Positions 12,055-24,722 of a stretch of 64,000 nucleotides of DNA are shown in pieces (the stretch's first letter is position 1; every line of letters begins with the position of its first letter). Below the pieces are notes generated by a model. It had not been told where the DNA came from and did no database searches. It saw nothing but the letters and a program-made list of their open reading frames with translations. The position numbers and the translations under genes are program-made. The stretch comes from Isurus oxyrinchus. Taxonomy: Eukaryota. The stretch covers positions 37,448,001 to 37,512,000 of the forward strand of contig JANJGN010000026.1 in NCBI GenBank assembly GCA_026770705.1, in the 5' to 3' direction.

Positions 12055-13095
12055 TTGAGAGACAGAGAGAAAGAAAATGAGGGAGAGACAATTGCAGAAA
12101 CAAAGATGGAGAAAAAGTGAGAAAGGCTGAGTGAGAGGCAGAGAAATGAAGGCAGATGGAGATATAGAGAGAAAAACGGGAGGAAAGGCGACGTTTGAAA
12201 TGAAGGAGAGAGATGGAGGTAAACAGAGAGAGATAACAAAGGGAGAGGCATTACGAGAAATGAGAGAGAGAAGTAAGGAGAGATTTAGCGGGAGGCAATA
12301 GCCTAGTGACCTTGCCACTGGACGAGTAATCCAGAGGCCCAGGGTTTTCCCCCGGTCACGCTCTGGGGATGCGAGTTTGAATCTGGCCATGGCAGATGGT
12401 AGAGTTTGAATTCAATTCAAAAAATCTTGAATTAAACACCTAATGATGACTATGAAACCATGTCCGATTGTCATAAAAACCCACCTGGTTCACTATGTTC
12501 CTTTAGGGAAGGAAGTCTGTTGTTCTTACCTGGCCTGGCCTACATGTAACTCCAGATCCGCAGCAATGTGGTTGACCCTTAAATGTCCTTTGAACAAGGG
12601 CAATTAGGGTTGAGCAATAAATGCTGGCCAAGCTAGGGACATTCACATCCCATGAATGAATAAAAAAAGATGAAGATACAGTGAAGGAAAGAGATGCAGC
12701 AATATGAAAACATACAAACTGAGAAATGAAGAGAAAAAATTAAAAAGATAGCGAGTAAATCAGAGGCAGAGACTGTGACAGAAGTAGAGACAGAGAGGGT
12801 AAAACATATGGAGATACAGGGAGGTAAACAGGAGGGAAGGGAATGATAGAAATCAGGGAGATAAACAGTGGGCAGACAGTGAGAGAAATGAGGGAGGGGC
12901 GGAGACAAGGAGGGAAACAGATGAAGACACATTGAAGGGAATAGAAATATAGAGACAATATAGACTGAACAACGAAGAGAGACAAACCAAGAGAAACCGG
13001 CATAGATAGTGAGGGAAACAAAGGGACATAGTGAGGAGAACAATGCTCGAAAGGGAGGCAGGAATTCCAGGAAGAGAAAGAAAGATAACATAACA
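12055..13095. repeat. GA-rich low-complexity region interrupted by a SINE
   Basis: Strong purine skew at 12055-12285 and 12670-13095. Confidence 0.75.
12290..12668 (+). mobile_element. tRNA-derived SINE, near full length
   Basis: tRNA-like head, body repeated at 21835, 30345 and 40530, tail GGGCAATTAGGG…GCAATAAATGCTGGCC, A-rich end. Confidence 0.8.
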
Positions 13096-13859
13096 TAGGA
13101 CGCGATATGGAAAAGATGATTTCCGATAGGCACTTGGCCTCCTGGATTACTAAAGCAGCCTCATAACCACCATGTTATCGTACCCGTACCCGCTGCAGTA
13201 AACACACGGGCGATCAGGGAGCTCCAATTACTGGAGCAAGATACTGTTGCACGATTATGTCACATTTCTCGAGTTCTTCTTCTTATTATTATAATGTATT
13301 TTAGTGCAGGTGAACTTATACTCGCGGGTTAATTCAAACTTTACTCTAAATCCGTGTGGCACCCTTGTTTATTTTAATATTTTGGCCATTAAAGGTTAAA
13401 AGAAGCTTGCTTTAATGAAATGAAACAACCGAGATCCAGATGGGACGCCGAGCCTTAAATATCAACATAGACATAGGATGTAAATAGGACACCTGCAAAG
13501 TTTGGGATTTGAATATAACTGTTCCCATTTTAATGCCACCTCTGAGCTGCGGTTAAATAATGTATGTTTTGTCGCTGCTCCTATTAATTGAGCACTCTTC
13601 TGAGCGCATTGAAATGGGAGACTGGGATAAATTGGGTTTTCTGCACTCTGAACTTAGGGAAAGCGGGAGAAAGAAAAAGAGGCAGAGAAAGCGTGTGCAA
13701 TGGAGGGTCAGAAAGGGGAGATAGAGCCACAGAGACCGAAAGTCAAAGCGAGACTGAGAGATCCCGAGACCAAGAAAGATCCAGAGAAACCGAGAAAGGC
13801 AGGTTGGAAGAGGAAGTCAGAAGAAATAATCGGTCCAGAGCTAACACTGATGGGTGTCC

Positions 13860-13970
13860 AACTGTCATCTGTTCTGAGACACCAGCCAATCTTGCAGCTG
13901 GGGAACGCCCCTTCGTTTCTCAGTAAGTGAAGCCTGCCCTTGATCTGAATTTCCTGTTTAATATAAGAAC
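13860..13970 (+). promoter_or_regulatory. V promoter (family D): CCAAT, GC box, TATA-like
   Basis: CCAAT 13886-13890, ACGCCCC, TAATATAAG; conserved at 25750-25855(-) and 61905-62015(+). Confidence 0.6.
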
Positions 13971-14028
13971 AGAAGTGTCAACATATCTCAAATCTTATTT
14001 ATTTCTTCAGATCTGTAATCCTGTTATC

Positions 14029-14478
14029 ATGTGCTCCCCATGTTCCTTACTGCTAATAATGGTCTTGCTGTCCGGTGAGTCAATGTTTAAATGGTCAATG
14101 TCTGTTCCTTGTGTTACCTTCACTCCCAGATATTTGATACATTCTGTGTTTTGTTGCAGAAACAAATGGTAAAGATTCAGTGTCCCAGGATCCCCCTGAA
14201 TTCACGGTTCTGGACGGACAGAGCATAAAACTGGATTGTAATTACTCTACAGCTGATGTTCCAACTCTGTTCTGGTACATCCAATACCCCGAAGAAGGTC
14301 CGAGATATTTAATGAGGATATATAGCTCGGGGGGTGCAGAGAAGTCTCCAGAATTCGCAGACAGGTTCTCTGCTGTTTTACACAAAGGAAACAAAATGGT
14401 TCTTTTAAATATCGCCGGGGCTCTTCTCTCGGACAGCGCCGTGTGCTGCGGAGATATAGCGGATGTCGTACAAAAACC
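14029..14478 (+). pseudogene. TCR V pseudogene (family D): open frame, but YFC and heptamer deleted
   Basis: Leader 14029-14074, exon from 14160 DSVSQDPPE…LDCNY…LFWYIQYP…DSAV; ~25-bp deletion at ~14444 relative to the 25248 paralog; nonamer ACAAAAACC 14470-14478. Confidence 0.9.
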
Positions 14479-14501
14479 CCACTGGGATTTCCAGTTAGTG
14501 C

Positions 14502-14515
14502 TCAGAAGAGGGCGC
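14502..14515 (+). promoter_or_regulatory. CTCF motif 23 bp downstream of RSS nonamer
   Basis: TCAGAAGAGGGCGC. Confidence 0.6.
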
Positions 14516-15228
14516 TCTCACACCGACAAACAGAAGCAATAACTCAGCCTGTGAGAGCCACAGAACCTTAAATAAAATATCAAAACAAAGACAACGCCGA
14601 AGAAGGGCGGGTGAGCAGCAACTGAGGGATTACATTAGTTGACTTTAACTTGCAAATATACTAAAAATGAATTCCACAAATAAATTTGTATTGCGCTAAC
14701 TCACATTTAGTCTTTTGATGATCTTTCCTTGCTTCTCTGAACTCTTAAGCAGCCTTTTCTCCATCTCCACTCTCTCCTTCGAGTTCCCTTTGTCAAAGCC
14801 TGTACGTAGTGTCCATTTGACCAGAGTATTTTGCTGCTTCAGAAACAGTGTGTAGAAAATGAAGACATTTCACCAACTTGTGTTTGCACTCTTTAAAACA
14901 AGCCCCGAGCATAGGTTTCGAGTGTCCATTAAAAGTTTTCTGACACCATTAACAAAGCAGTGTTTCTGCCTTGTAACAACGAGACCAGGAGATGCAGTCC
15001 CATCCCTATCCCTAACTACGTAACCATCCCTCTTATAAGAACACTGGCCATAGCCCAGCTCTTGTTGTTTCCATTCGCTGACAGCCGACTCCTACCTACA
15101 GGTCTTAAAGGATCACTGGGGACAGAAAGAAGTGAGGTTAGAGGATCCTGAGACTTGATACTTGATGATGCAAATTAAAACGAGTTTCTCCTAATCACAC
15201 TTTCTATTTTACAAAACGGACATCAGCA

Positions 15229-15750
15229 ATGCAGCCACCCAGCATCTGGGTTCAAATGGGGAGGGGGAGTGGTGGTTGGTGGTGGTGGGTGGTTGGGGGT
15301 GGCCAGGAGCGAGGCATTTCGGATAGGTAGTTAAGGAACAAACTTATTTCGTCTCTTTCCTGAATCAAGGTTTCAATCTGAATTCTAAAGAACCTCCAAT
15401 CAGGCAATTTCCTGTTTGTGCATGATTTCAGATCTGAGCCCTGGAGATTTTGTCACTCAGCTACTGTCCTCAAATGCTTAGACCGAAGAGAAGTGGCTGC
15501 TTTAAATATCATCTATGATATTTCTTGTGGAGAACTGTGTTTTATTCTGGTACTGGCTGGTATTTGCAGGAAAAGTCTTACTCATGTTTTCAGGCAATCG
15601 GAGAGAGAAAACAAATTAGCAACAGCACAATTCAGGCGGCCAGATCTCTCTCTGAGCAGAGAAAGTGGACTCTAAAGAGCTGATCAGAAGCAGGACTCAC
15701 AGCTGAAAGATGTTTCTGATCCTCCATCCAGACCGACTGGCGTCACACTG
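15229..15750 (+). pseudogene. Degenerate delta-like V pseudogene
   Basis: Promoter, leader and exon start (CAG/ATCTGAGCCCTGGAGATTTTGTCACTCAG) homologous to the 23630 gene; FWYW remnant. Confidence 0.65.
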
Positions 15751-16214
15751 ACTGTAGGATGACATCACAAATGTTACAAGGCGATGTCATGGACACCGCA
15801 AAATAACGCCTCATGGACGGATGCTCTGAAGTATGCGCACCCCACTCCCTCACACCCCATCAATGCTGAAGCCCCCTCGCAGCTTCACTTTGTGATCACA
15901 AGTCCCAGAGCCCCGTGTCTGGCGGACACAGTGTAACTGGTGTTGGGCTCAGTTTGATGCACAACAGCGATGACTTCAGCAGGTGACTCTCTTGGTTTCA
16001 GACTTCCTACAGTTATTTTATTCAAGTCGATAGCATCCGACACATGAATCTGAGAATCACTTTAGTGACCATATTCCTGGATATTTTACTCTTTCCTGCG
16101 TGTGTGTGATCACTATTTCTGACACAATATTTCACACATCAGACCCGTTATCTTCTGCTAGATGTACTTTGCTTTATTATATTTCCTTGTATGATGCTAA
16201 ATTGTAATCTTTGT

Positions 16215-17375
16215 TCATTTTGCAGGATGTTGGCTAGGTCAAAACTTATTGCCTATCCCTAATTGCCCTTGAGAAGGTGGTGGCGACCTGCCTTCTTGAA
16301 CCGTTGCAGCCTGTGGTGTAGGTAGACCCATGGTGCTGTTAGGCAAGGAGTTCCAGGGCTTTGGCCCAGCGACAGTGAAGGAACGGCAATACATTTCCAA
16401 GTTAGGATGGTGAGTGCCTTGGAGGGGGACTTCCAGGTGGTGGCGTTCCCATGTATCTACTACCCTTGTCCTTCTGGCTGGTAGTGGTCGTGGGTTTGGA
16501 AGGCGCTGCCTAAGGAGCCTTGGAGACTTCCTGCAGTGCATCTTGTAGATGGTACATATGCCTGCAATTGTTCGTCCGTGGTGGAGGGGATGAACGTTTG
16601 TGGATGGGGTGCTAATAAAGCGGGCTGCTTTGTCCTGGATGGGGTCAAGCTTCTTGAGTGTTGTGGGAGCTGCACGCATCAGGCAAGAGGTGAGCATTGC
16701 ATCACACTCTTGACATGTGTCTTGTGGACAGGCTTTGGAGAACCAGGAGGTGAGTTACTTGCCGCAGGATTCCTAGCCCCTGACTTGTTCTTTTAACCAT
16801 TGTGTTTATATGGTTACCCAGTTCGGCTTCTGGTCAATGGTGGCCCCCAGGATGTTTATAGTGGGGGATTCAGTGACTGTAATTCCATTAAACATCAAGG
16901 GGCAATGGTTGGATTCTCACTTGCTGGAGATGGTCGTTGCCTGGCACTTGTGTGGCGCGAATGTTACTTGGCACTTGTCAGCTCAAGCCTGGATATTATC
17001 CAAATCTTACTGTATTTACATATGGACTGCTTCAGTATCTGAGGATTCGCGAATGGTGCTGAACATTGTGCAATCATCAGTGAACATCCCCACTCCTGAC
17101 CTTATGATGGAAGGAAGGACATTGATGAAGCACCTGAAGATGGTTGGGCCAAGGACTCTGCCGTGAGGAACTCCTGCAGTGATGTTTTGGAACTGTGGTG
17201 ATTGACCTCCAACTATCACAGCCATCTTCATTTCTGCTCGAGATGACTCCAGCCAGCGGAGAGTTTTCTCCCTGATTCCTAATGACGCCAGTTTTGCTAG
17301 TGCTCCTTGATGACACACTCAGTCAAATGCTACCCTGATGTCCGCGGCAGTCAGCATCTCCTCACCCTTTCACCT
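16215..17375 (-). mobile_element. 5'-truncated non-LTR retrotransposon (CR1/L2-type RT)
   Basis: GVPHGRVLGPTIF…FINVLP…MFTDDCT RT motifs; 3' tail shared with the SINE. Confidence 0.88.
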
Positions 17376-17426
17376 CAACATCCTTTTAAAATCAGTTACC
17401 TTCTGTCGAAGTCTATATCAGACACT

Positions 17427-17790
17427 ATGTGCCCTCTATGGTCCTTTCTGATAATGGTCATACTCTTGGTGATTCAATATTTAAACGTTCATTGTCTATT
17501 CTATGTGTTAAATTCAATTCCAGATTTTGACACATTATTTGTTTTGTTACAGTAATAAGTGTTGCTGACGAAGTGTCCTTGGAACCCTCTGAGTTAACTG
17601 CGTGGAAGAACAGGGCATAATGCTCAACTATAGTTATTCCATATCTTTGAGTTTTCTCCAACTCTGTTGGTACACCGATATTCCGGGCAAGCTCCGAGAT
17701 CTTTACTGAAGCGCTTTAACTCGGGCCATGGAGCCAAGCCTCAAGGTTTACCAGACCGGGTCCCTGCTGATTTGGACAAGGCTGAAGTCA
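17427..17790 (+). pseudogene. Truncated TCR V pseudogene (family D)
   Basis: Leader MCPLWSFLIMVILL; frameshifted exon ending at …PADLDK; promoter replaced by the LINE. Confidence 0.78.
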
Positions 17791-17906
17791 GCAATACAAA
17801 TGTTTCATAATAAACCTGTCAGTTTTTGTTTATCCTCAGCCGCGGAACAAAATAAAGCAGCAGATAGGCATCCAAAACACTTAACTGGCCAGTAAATACT
17901 CGCTGA

Positions 17907-18422
17907 GGTTTTATCTGACGCTGGGCCTCACAGCAATGTAAGAGACCGCACCTTCCTCCACACTCAGGCTGCTTATATTGAGGAAACCAGACTGTTTAGA
18001 ATTGTCAGCTGCACTAGTTATCCTCCTGAGGTTTTATCTTTTTGTTACTTTGCTAGTGATCCAACTGAGAGGCTGTGTCAGTTTCTGCCGATACCATTGC
18101 ATACTGTACGTATCCTGGTCTATATATTCACAATCTAACTGCACCAACCCCCCTTCTGACACAGTTCATGTCACCGCTGACTGAGTTACTGGATGCGCAT
18201 AGTCCGCCTGTGGAAGTAGATGAAGAAAGGAGCAGAAATTTAAAGAGGATCGATCTAAACGTGTATTCTTCTGTATGAGTGTGTGTAAATTCGCATTTCC
18301 CAAACTGTCGTTAATTACATTAATTCCTAGTATAAGCTCTTTGCAACAATCTGCTAACCTATCTTGATAAACATAGTCCAATATGTACTGTCCAACAGCG
18401 CAGCCAGTATTATCAGAAACAT
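17907..18422 (-). pseudogene. TCR V pseudogene (family Z)
   Basis: Leader MFLIILAALLD; frameshifted exon with MQWYRQ; heptamer CCCAGCG, spacer largely deleted. Confidence 0.85.
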
Positions 18423-18551
18423 GTCTGACTGAATCTCTCTCAGTTGAATGTGAATGGAATGAGCCAGGGCTTAAGAAGAAGAGAGGGACCCCGGGCTCTG
18501 TTCAGCTCATTGTTACACCCACACAGCTCCAGGACCCAGGCCCTTTGTGAC

Positions 18552-18832
18552 CATAAGGCCACAAGAGCAGAAGTAGGCCATTCGGCCTATCGAGTCTGCT
18601 CCATCATTCAATGAGATCATGATTGATGTGGCATTCCGCAACTCCACATTTCTGCCTTTACCCAATAACCCTTGATTCCTTTACTGATTAAACATGTGTC
18701 CATCGCAGCCTTGGGTATACTTAAGGACCCAGCCTCTACAGCCCTCTGCGGTAAAGAATTCCACAGGTTGACTGGCCTCTGAGAGAAGAAATTCCTCCTC
18801 TGTCTTAAATGGGCGACCCCTTACTCTGAGAG
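18552..18832 (-). mobile_element. CR1-type LINE 3' fragment inserted in a V promoter
   Basis: Similar to 210-535; splits the GTGACC/TCACT promoter sequence that is intact at 7015-7030. Confidence 0.8.
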
Positions 18833-18908
18833 ACCTCACTCGGGATACCATCCCTTTTGGTTTTGACGTTGGTGACGCGTGACTTTCTAATGAGCATGCT
18901 TGGGTTTA

Positions 18909-18922
18909 GCGCCCTCTGCTGG
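18909..18922 (-). promoter_or_regulatory. CTCF motif upstream of V promoter
   Basis: CCAGCAGAGGGCGC, consensus. Confidence 0.8.
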
Positions 18923-19870
18923 TCGATTCTGTTCATTCCGGCTTAGAATCGGGGCCATCGAGTGGGTTTCGGGTTTCTTGATTTACATATCAAAACACTA
19001 ATGCCATGTATGTATTCCCAGAAATTTATATTGGATCTAATCAGACTTAGTCCTTATTTGTTAATGTTTATGGCAGAAAGTAATGATGATCATTTATAAA
19101 TCACTGTTTAGCCACCAATGATCTACCATTTACATGAATGTCAAAATATTGGAGAAAGTAAACTGGAATGGCACCAGGGCTGACGACTTTCAACGTGAGC
19201 AGGCTAGAGAAACTGTTATTAGTCTTCTTCTGTCAAATGATTAAAGGAGACATTTAATTAAAATACTGAAAATGATAAGAAATTTGATGTAATAGATTGC
19301 GTATAACTGTTTCCATTAGCAGAAAATTCGAAAATCCAAGCGCACCAATTTGAGAGCAAAAATATGGGGAAAGATTATATTAAACTATTACATTGCCATT
19401 TCTTCAGAGCTGGAACCACTGCTATGAGGAAAATGCGGGACGAAATGTGAATTTGATCACTCTTTCAATGAGGCATAGACACATGATAGGCCGAATGGCC
19501 TCTGTCCTTGCTTTAAGATTCCAAACCATTCCTGTCCCTCCCACTTTGTTTGTCATCAGTCAGTTGAACAGTGAACAGGTGCAGAATGGTCAGAGACTCC
19601 TGCAGATTCAACCGTCGCTCTATCCGCTCCACCAATTCGGGGTGCATCTGAGAGTCACCGCACAGTTCACGCAATATTGAGACTGCGGTATCCCCACCCA
19701 CAGCTTCCGTTTGCTGCCGTCGCTCTGACCCGATTGTGTTATTGGAGAGATTGCTGCCGCTGGTCCATTCCTGTCATTGGTTGGGTCAGCAGCGCAGTGG
19801 GACGGGAACCTGTATTTCTGCTCATTCAGAGGATTTCTCGCACTGCGGAGTTACAGACTCAGGAAGTATC

Positions 19871-20395
19871 ATGGGGAAAGTCTCTCTCCGCTCCTCATCA
19901 TTATCTCAATTCCGTCCCAGTGAAACACCATTCTCCCCTTGACTGCTCTAACCCAGATGCTACCGTCGGTAAAAAAAAATGGTGATGGTGATGACGATTA
20001 TGTTTATTAATATGAGACTGACGCTGATTGTTGTTATGGCTATTGTGTTATGTTAGAATGGAGCCACCAAGACACAATGGAACAACCGGTTGCTGAAATA
20101 ACTGCGAAGACGAAATGTCACACGAACTTGCACCTTGGAAACAAGCGATTCTAACCTTAAGATGCACTGGTACAGTCAGCGCCCCAAGCAGCCTCCACAG
20201 TGCATGCTTTATATTCTGGGAGTGAAACTATACAGACGCACCGACATCACATGTTGCTTTTCAGCTTCATTACATAATACAGCCAAGAGTACCGAGCTAT
20301 TGATCTGCAGTACCCTGATCTCTAACAGCGCGGTAAATTTCTGTGCCATGATGCCCACGCTGCTGCAGAGATACAGCGAGTCCCGTACAGAAATC
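19871..20395 (+). pseudogene. TCR V pseudogene (family H)
   Basis: Leader lacks donor; exon from 20057 WSHQDTMEQ, frameshift, MHWYSQ…SAVNFCAMMP; CACGCTG, 24-bp spacer, ACAGAAATC. Confidence 0.87.
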
Positions 20396-20419
20396 CCACA
20401 CTGAGTTCCAGTTAGTGTT

Positions 20420-20433
20420 CCTGCAGAGGGCGC
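20420..20433 (+). promoter_or_regulatory. CTCF motif 24 bp downstream of RSS nonamer
   Basis: CCTGCAGAGGGCGC. Confidence 0.75.
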
Positions 20434-21179
20434 TCTCGCACCGATAAATAGGACCAAAAACCCCGACTCCGCAGTGTGAGCCACAAGCACCGTCGTAAAA
20501 TTGGAACAGAGCACAAACCCTTCAAGAGCAGATAATGACCACTTCAGCGTTAATATTAATGTGCGATTTCAACTGGCGTATCAATGGTGCCTTAACTCAC
20601 CATTTTTTTCTTTGGATGATTTTCCCTGCAGATTGTTTTTTTTTCACCCGCTGTCTCCACCCGTTACTCAAAAATTCAGACATTCCTCCTGCCATTTTCT
20701 CCAGACCATCGATACTTCTTTGTACACTAACTCAGGACGACTCTAACCCTACTGTCCATAGATTCAGCCTCAGTATTATCCGAGGTTGTTAATGAAGGTT
20801 TCGTTTATTATTGTTTGAGTTACTAATCCTGACATATCTGTGTTCACCCTGCACTCCGTCAATATGGAATAAATACGAAAGTACCGCAGCTCATATACAG
20901 AGACATGGTTATATCATTTTCAAAGGGAACATTATTATTGACGTCAGCTCCTTACAATTCGATTCGATGTGTGACGGCACCTCCTGCTGCGGCCCTGCTC
21001 ACAGCTCCCGTTTGCTGCCGTCGCTCTGACCGGCTTTGCCTGCCCTGTGTTTTTGGAAAGATTGCTGCTGCTGTTCTCTGTTTGGCATTGTTTGGATCAG
21101 CAATAAAGTGGGGCAGAGCTCGGCATTTCTGCTCTGACAGACAATTTCCCGGACCGCAGCATTGTAGAAAGAAGGACCA

Positions 21180-21685
21180 TCCTGCGGAACCATATCACTC
21201 CGCCCCTCAACATTCTATCACTTCTCAAAAAGTATTTCCTTCCCAGTGAAACTCCATTCACCCCATGACTGCTGTAAACCAGATGCAATCATTGATATGC
21301 TGATGATGTTGCTGCTGATCATGAAATTATGACTCTTATTAATATTTACGTCATAATGGAGCCAGTAAGACATGGTGGAACAGTCGACAGCTGAAATCAC
21401 GGTTGAAGAGGAACGTAACATCAGCCTAAACTATACCTTCAAATCAAGGTGTTCTCACGGTCACATGTTCTGGTAAAGTAACACGCCTGGCACCCTCCAC
21501 AGTACGTGTTTGATCTCTATGGAGGAAGAACAAACTGGAACCCCAAGGTTTTCATTCCGGTTTAGTAAAACTACGAAATCACCAAGTAAATGATCTGAAA
21601 AGCCCTGCTCTCTAACACCGCCGTGCATTTCTGTGCCGGGGTCCCGACACGGCTGCAGAAACATAGAAGACCCTGGACAAAGTCC
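21180..21685 (+). pseudogene. TCR V pseudogene (family H)
   Basis: WSQ*DMVEQSTAEITVEEERN…MFW*…TAVHFCA; splice sites lost; GACACGG, 24-bp spacer, ACAAAGTCC. Confidence 0.82.
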
Positions 21686-21700
21686 TACACCAATTATTTC

Positions 21701-21714
21701 TCAGCAGAGGGCGC
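21701..21714 (+). promoter_or_regulatory. CTCF motif 15 bp downstream of RSS nonamer
   Basis: TCAGCAGAGGGCGC. Confidence 0.72.
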
Positions 21715-21834
21715 TCTCACACTGCAATAATTCACCCTTAAGTGTGGTTCAGAGGGGTCTTTCCAAAGCTGCAATAAAACACAAAATGCAATATTCTGAA
21801 GTTCATGTTTACAATTATATTAGCTTTTGATCTC

Positions 21835-22218
21835 AACTTTTTTATCCTTTCATTGGATGTGGGCATCGGTAGCAAGGCCAGCATTGTCGTCCATCCGGAA
21901 TTGCCCTAGAACTGAGTGAATTGCTATTCCATTTCTGAGGGCTGTTATGAGTCAACCACATTGTTGCGTGTCTAGAGTCACATGTAAACCAAACTAGGTA
22001 AGGATGGCAGATTTCCTGGACATTAATGAACCAGATGAGTTTTTAGAACAATTCATGATAGGTTCATGGTCACTAACACTGAGATTTGTATTCCAGACTC
22101 ATTAACTGAGTTCAAAATCGGCTGCTATGTTGGGGTTTGAGCGCATGTCCCCAGGTCGTTAGCCTGGGTCTCTAGATAACTAGTCCAGTGACACTGCCAC
22201 TACGCCACCGTCTCCCCA
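21835..22218 (-). mobile_element. tRNA-derived SINE (same family as 12290)
   Basis: Reverse-complement similarity over head, body and tail. Confidence 0.8.
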
Positions 22219-22542
22219 CAGAGATTGCAATGACCTCGAAATTGCAATAAAATAAACTTTACAAATGCAGTTGTGGAGCCTTGACTGATTCTAAGTATTT
22301 ATGTATCTTTTCACAGTCAATCTCTTCTCTCCCCTGGTTTCCACTCATCGTTCAAAAACGTTTAATTTTCGTTGCCCCAGTCTTTAGACTGACGATAGCA
22401 AATATTTGTTTCTGCTTAGCATAATAACTCAGAACTGCAGCAACCCGGCTTCCCACAAACAGGAACTGTCAGGTCAGGCCATTGAATAACAAAAGGATCT
22501 GTCAAACTCTGTCTACCGACATCTGAGCACGTCTCAGATTAT

Positions 22543-22556
22543 CTACGAGATGGCGA
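22543..22556 (+). promoter_or_regulatory. Possible CTCF motif
   Basis: CTACGAGATGGCGA. Confidence 0.4.
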
Positions 22557-23629
22557 CCGATCACAATATCCCTCTTGTGGATCACAGCAAAGCATTAAGC
22601 TTAGTCCTCTGTTTCTCGAAAAAGCATAGTGTATTTGCCATAAATCGAATTCAAAGTGTTGATATCTTGCACAAAATTTGCTGAGAAAGTGCACTAATCA
22701 TCACAAAAACACATTCACATGTCGAAGGATTGGAACCTGATATTAGACAGAGCGTAGAGTAAGTGAATAACAAGTGTGGATGCTGGGGAAAGAATGTGAA
22801 AATGTGACTGAAAGACGCTGAAGCCTTTCACTGTAATGGCTTCGGCGTCATATCCGTTAATACGATGAGTGAAAGCTACAGGGAAAGGCTTTTCTGGTGG
22901 CTGGTTAATGTCCCTTAGGCTTGTGAACCTGCTCTTTGAGCTTTGGCCCTATAAATTTGAGTAAATGGGCGTAAAATCGCTCTAAAGCGCCGATGTGGCG
23001 TTTGGGCCAATCTCTCTTATAGAAAATCCAAAATCAGAGGGTTCTGGTTGATTAAATAAACGATTACAGACACAAAAAAGGACTCTAATTAACCAGAGAG
23101 AATTTAATCATTTTAAGCAGAAGGTGATGGTGAGCGAGTACCTGCCTACATCGGGGAGGAGTTTGATCTTTAAATCTGTTCATTTGTCTGTTCAGTAACA
23201 ACATTTATCGCTGTTCTAATATGACAGATTTATAAACCACTCTGACAAAATCTATAATCATAATTAGCTTACTGGTTAAGTGGTTCATGAGTAAAATCTC
23301 ACTGGAGCCAGGGTCCTCTGCATACTGCTGGTAAGATTACCATCAGTGTTGAGATCAGATTGTGCAGAGTAAACTAGATCCACGAATAATCCTATTGTGG
23401 ATAGTTAGAATGACCAGACATGGACATAATAGTCACCATTCCCTCTGTAAAACGGAAACATACCCCGTATAAAGTCACTGACTGTAGTCCAGCTCATGGT
23501 GTTTCCATTAATTGACAAATGGAAGTGAGGTTAGAACATCCTGAGACATGACAGCAGATTATTGAGGGTGGGGTTTAGAATGGGTCTCTTGAAATATCCA
23601 GCTTCTCTTTTACAAAGCGGACAGCGACA

Positions 23630-24133
23630 ATGCGGTTACTCAGCATCTGCGTTGTGTGGGGAGCATTTCTGATAGGTAATTGTGGACCACACACATTTCA
23701 GCTTTTCACACATTTTTCAAACATGGTTTAAAACTGAATTTTAAATAATTGTGTGTCTGATCTGCTTCGGCATTGAACATGTTTTTCAGATCTGAGTCAT
23801 GGAGATTCTGTCACTCAGCCTTTGTCCTCAAATGTTAAATCAGAAGGAAAAGATGTGACTTTAAGCTGTACCTATGATACCACATGGAACGACTATTATT
23901 TATCCTGGTACTGGCAACACCCAGACGCAAAACCTGAGTTTATATCGTGGAAATACTCGAACGGTGGTGAAGATAAAGCAAATTTTGCTAAAAGCCGTTT
24001 CTCTGCAGAGCTTGAGTGCGACCAAACTCACCAGCTTAAACATCTTGTGTCTGCAGCTGACTGACTTTGCCATGTATTACTGTACTATCACATTCACAGC
24101 GATGGAACACAGTCTCACACCTGTACAAAAACT
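23630..24133 (+). pseudogene. Delta-like TCR V with a single FR3 frameshift
   Basis: Leader 23630-23675 MRLLSICVVWGAFLI; exon from 23790 DLSHGDSVTQ…LSCTY…SWYWQ…RFSAELE, frameshift ~24016, …DFAMYYC; CACAGCG, 23-bp spacer, ACAAAAACT. Confidence 0.88.
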
Positions 24134-24359
24134 GTCTTTACTCTGTGTGTGGGAGTTCCTCTCTGATGGGGTTTATACAGAATCTCTGGCAGATGTAGCC
24201 ACAATGTTCAGTGGCGCTGTCAGCCGCTCAAACACAAACCAAGGGGAAATCACATTCACCTCGGATCAAACTGTCAACAACTGTTTGCAGGAGCGGCCAA
24301 GAGAAGAAACTGCAGAATCCGATCGGACCGACGATCATCACAGAATCAGATTTGAAATG

Positions 24360-24470
24360 CCCACTCTCAATAACTTGTTGCTATGTCTCAGGATGCTCTC
24401 ACCTCACTTCCTGGTGTCTTCATTGGTCTGTGAGATCTGTCGGTGGTGAACTGACTGACACCCCGAACTG
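24360..24470 (-). promoter_or_regulatory. Inverted copy of the delta-like V promoter downstream of the RSS
   Basis: Reverse complement GGAAGTGAGGTGAGAGCATCCTGAGACATAGCAACAAGTTATTGAGAGTGGG matches 23521-23572. Confidence 0.7.
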
Positions 24471-24584
24471 GATTACAGTCATGTAGGGTAATGGCTGGAC
24501 TTTTAGACCCGGGTCTGAGGGGAATCAAATCCTGGTCCGTTCATTATCACCAGAAAACTCGGGATTGTTAAACTGGGATTGGGA

Positions 24585-24722
24585 TCAAAGGTTATCCGAG
24601 TTAGACGGGAATGTGGAAATCGAAACACAAGAGGATCAGCCATGATCTTATTGAATGGTGGAGCAGGCTCGAGGAGCCGAATGGTCTACTCCTGTTCCTA
24701 GTTCTTACGTTCTTATGTTCTT
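24585..24722 (+). mobile_element. CR1 3' tail fragment
   Basis: GATCAGCCATGATCTTATTGAATGGTGGAGCAGGCTCGAGG…TTCTTATGTTCTTA. Confidence 0.75.

Noticed and set aside
12290-12400. tRNA gene
   Set aside because: It is the tRNA-derived head of a SINE repeated several times in the window
11953-13133. Long hydrophobic ORFs suggesting membrane proteins
   Set aside because: Translations of CT-rich low-complexity DNA and a SINE
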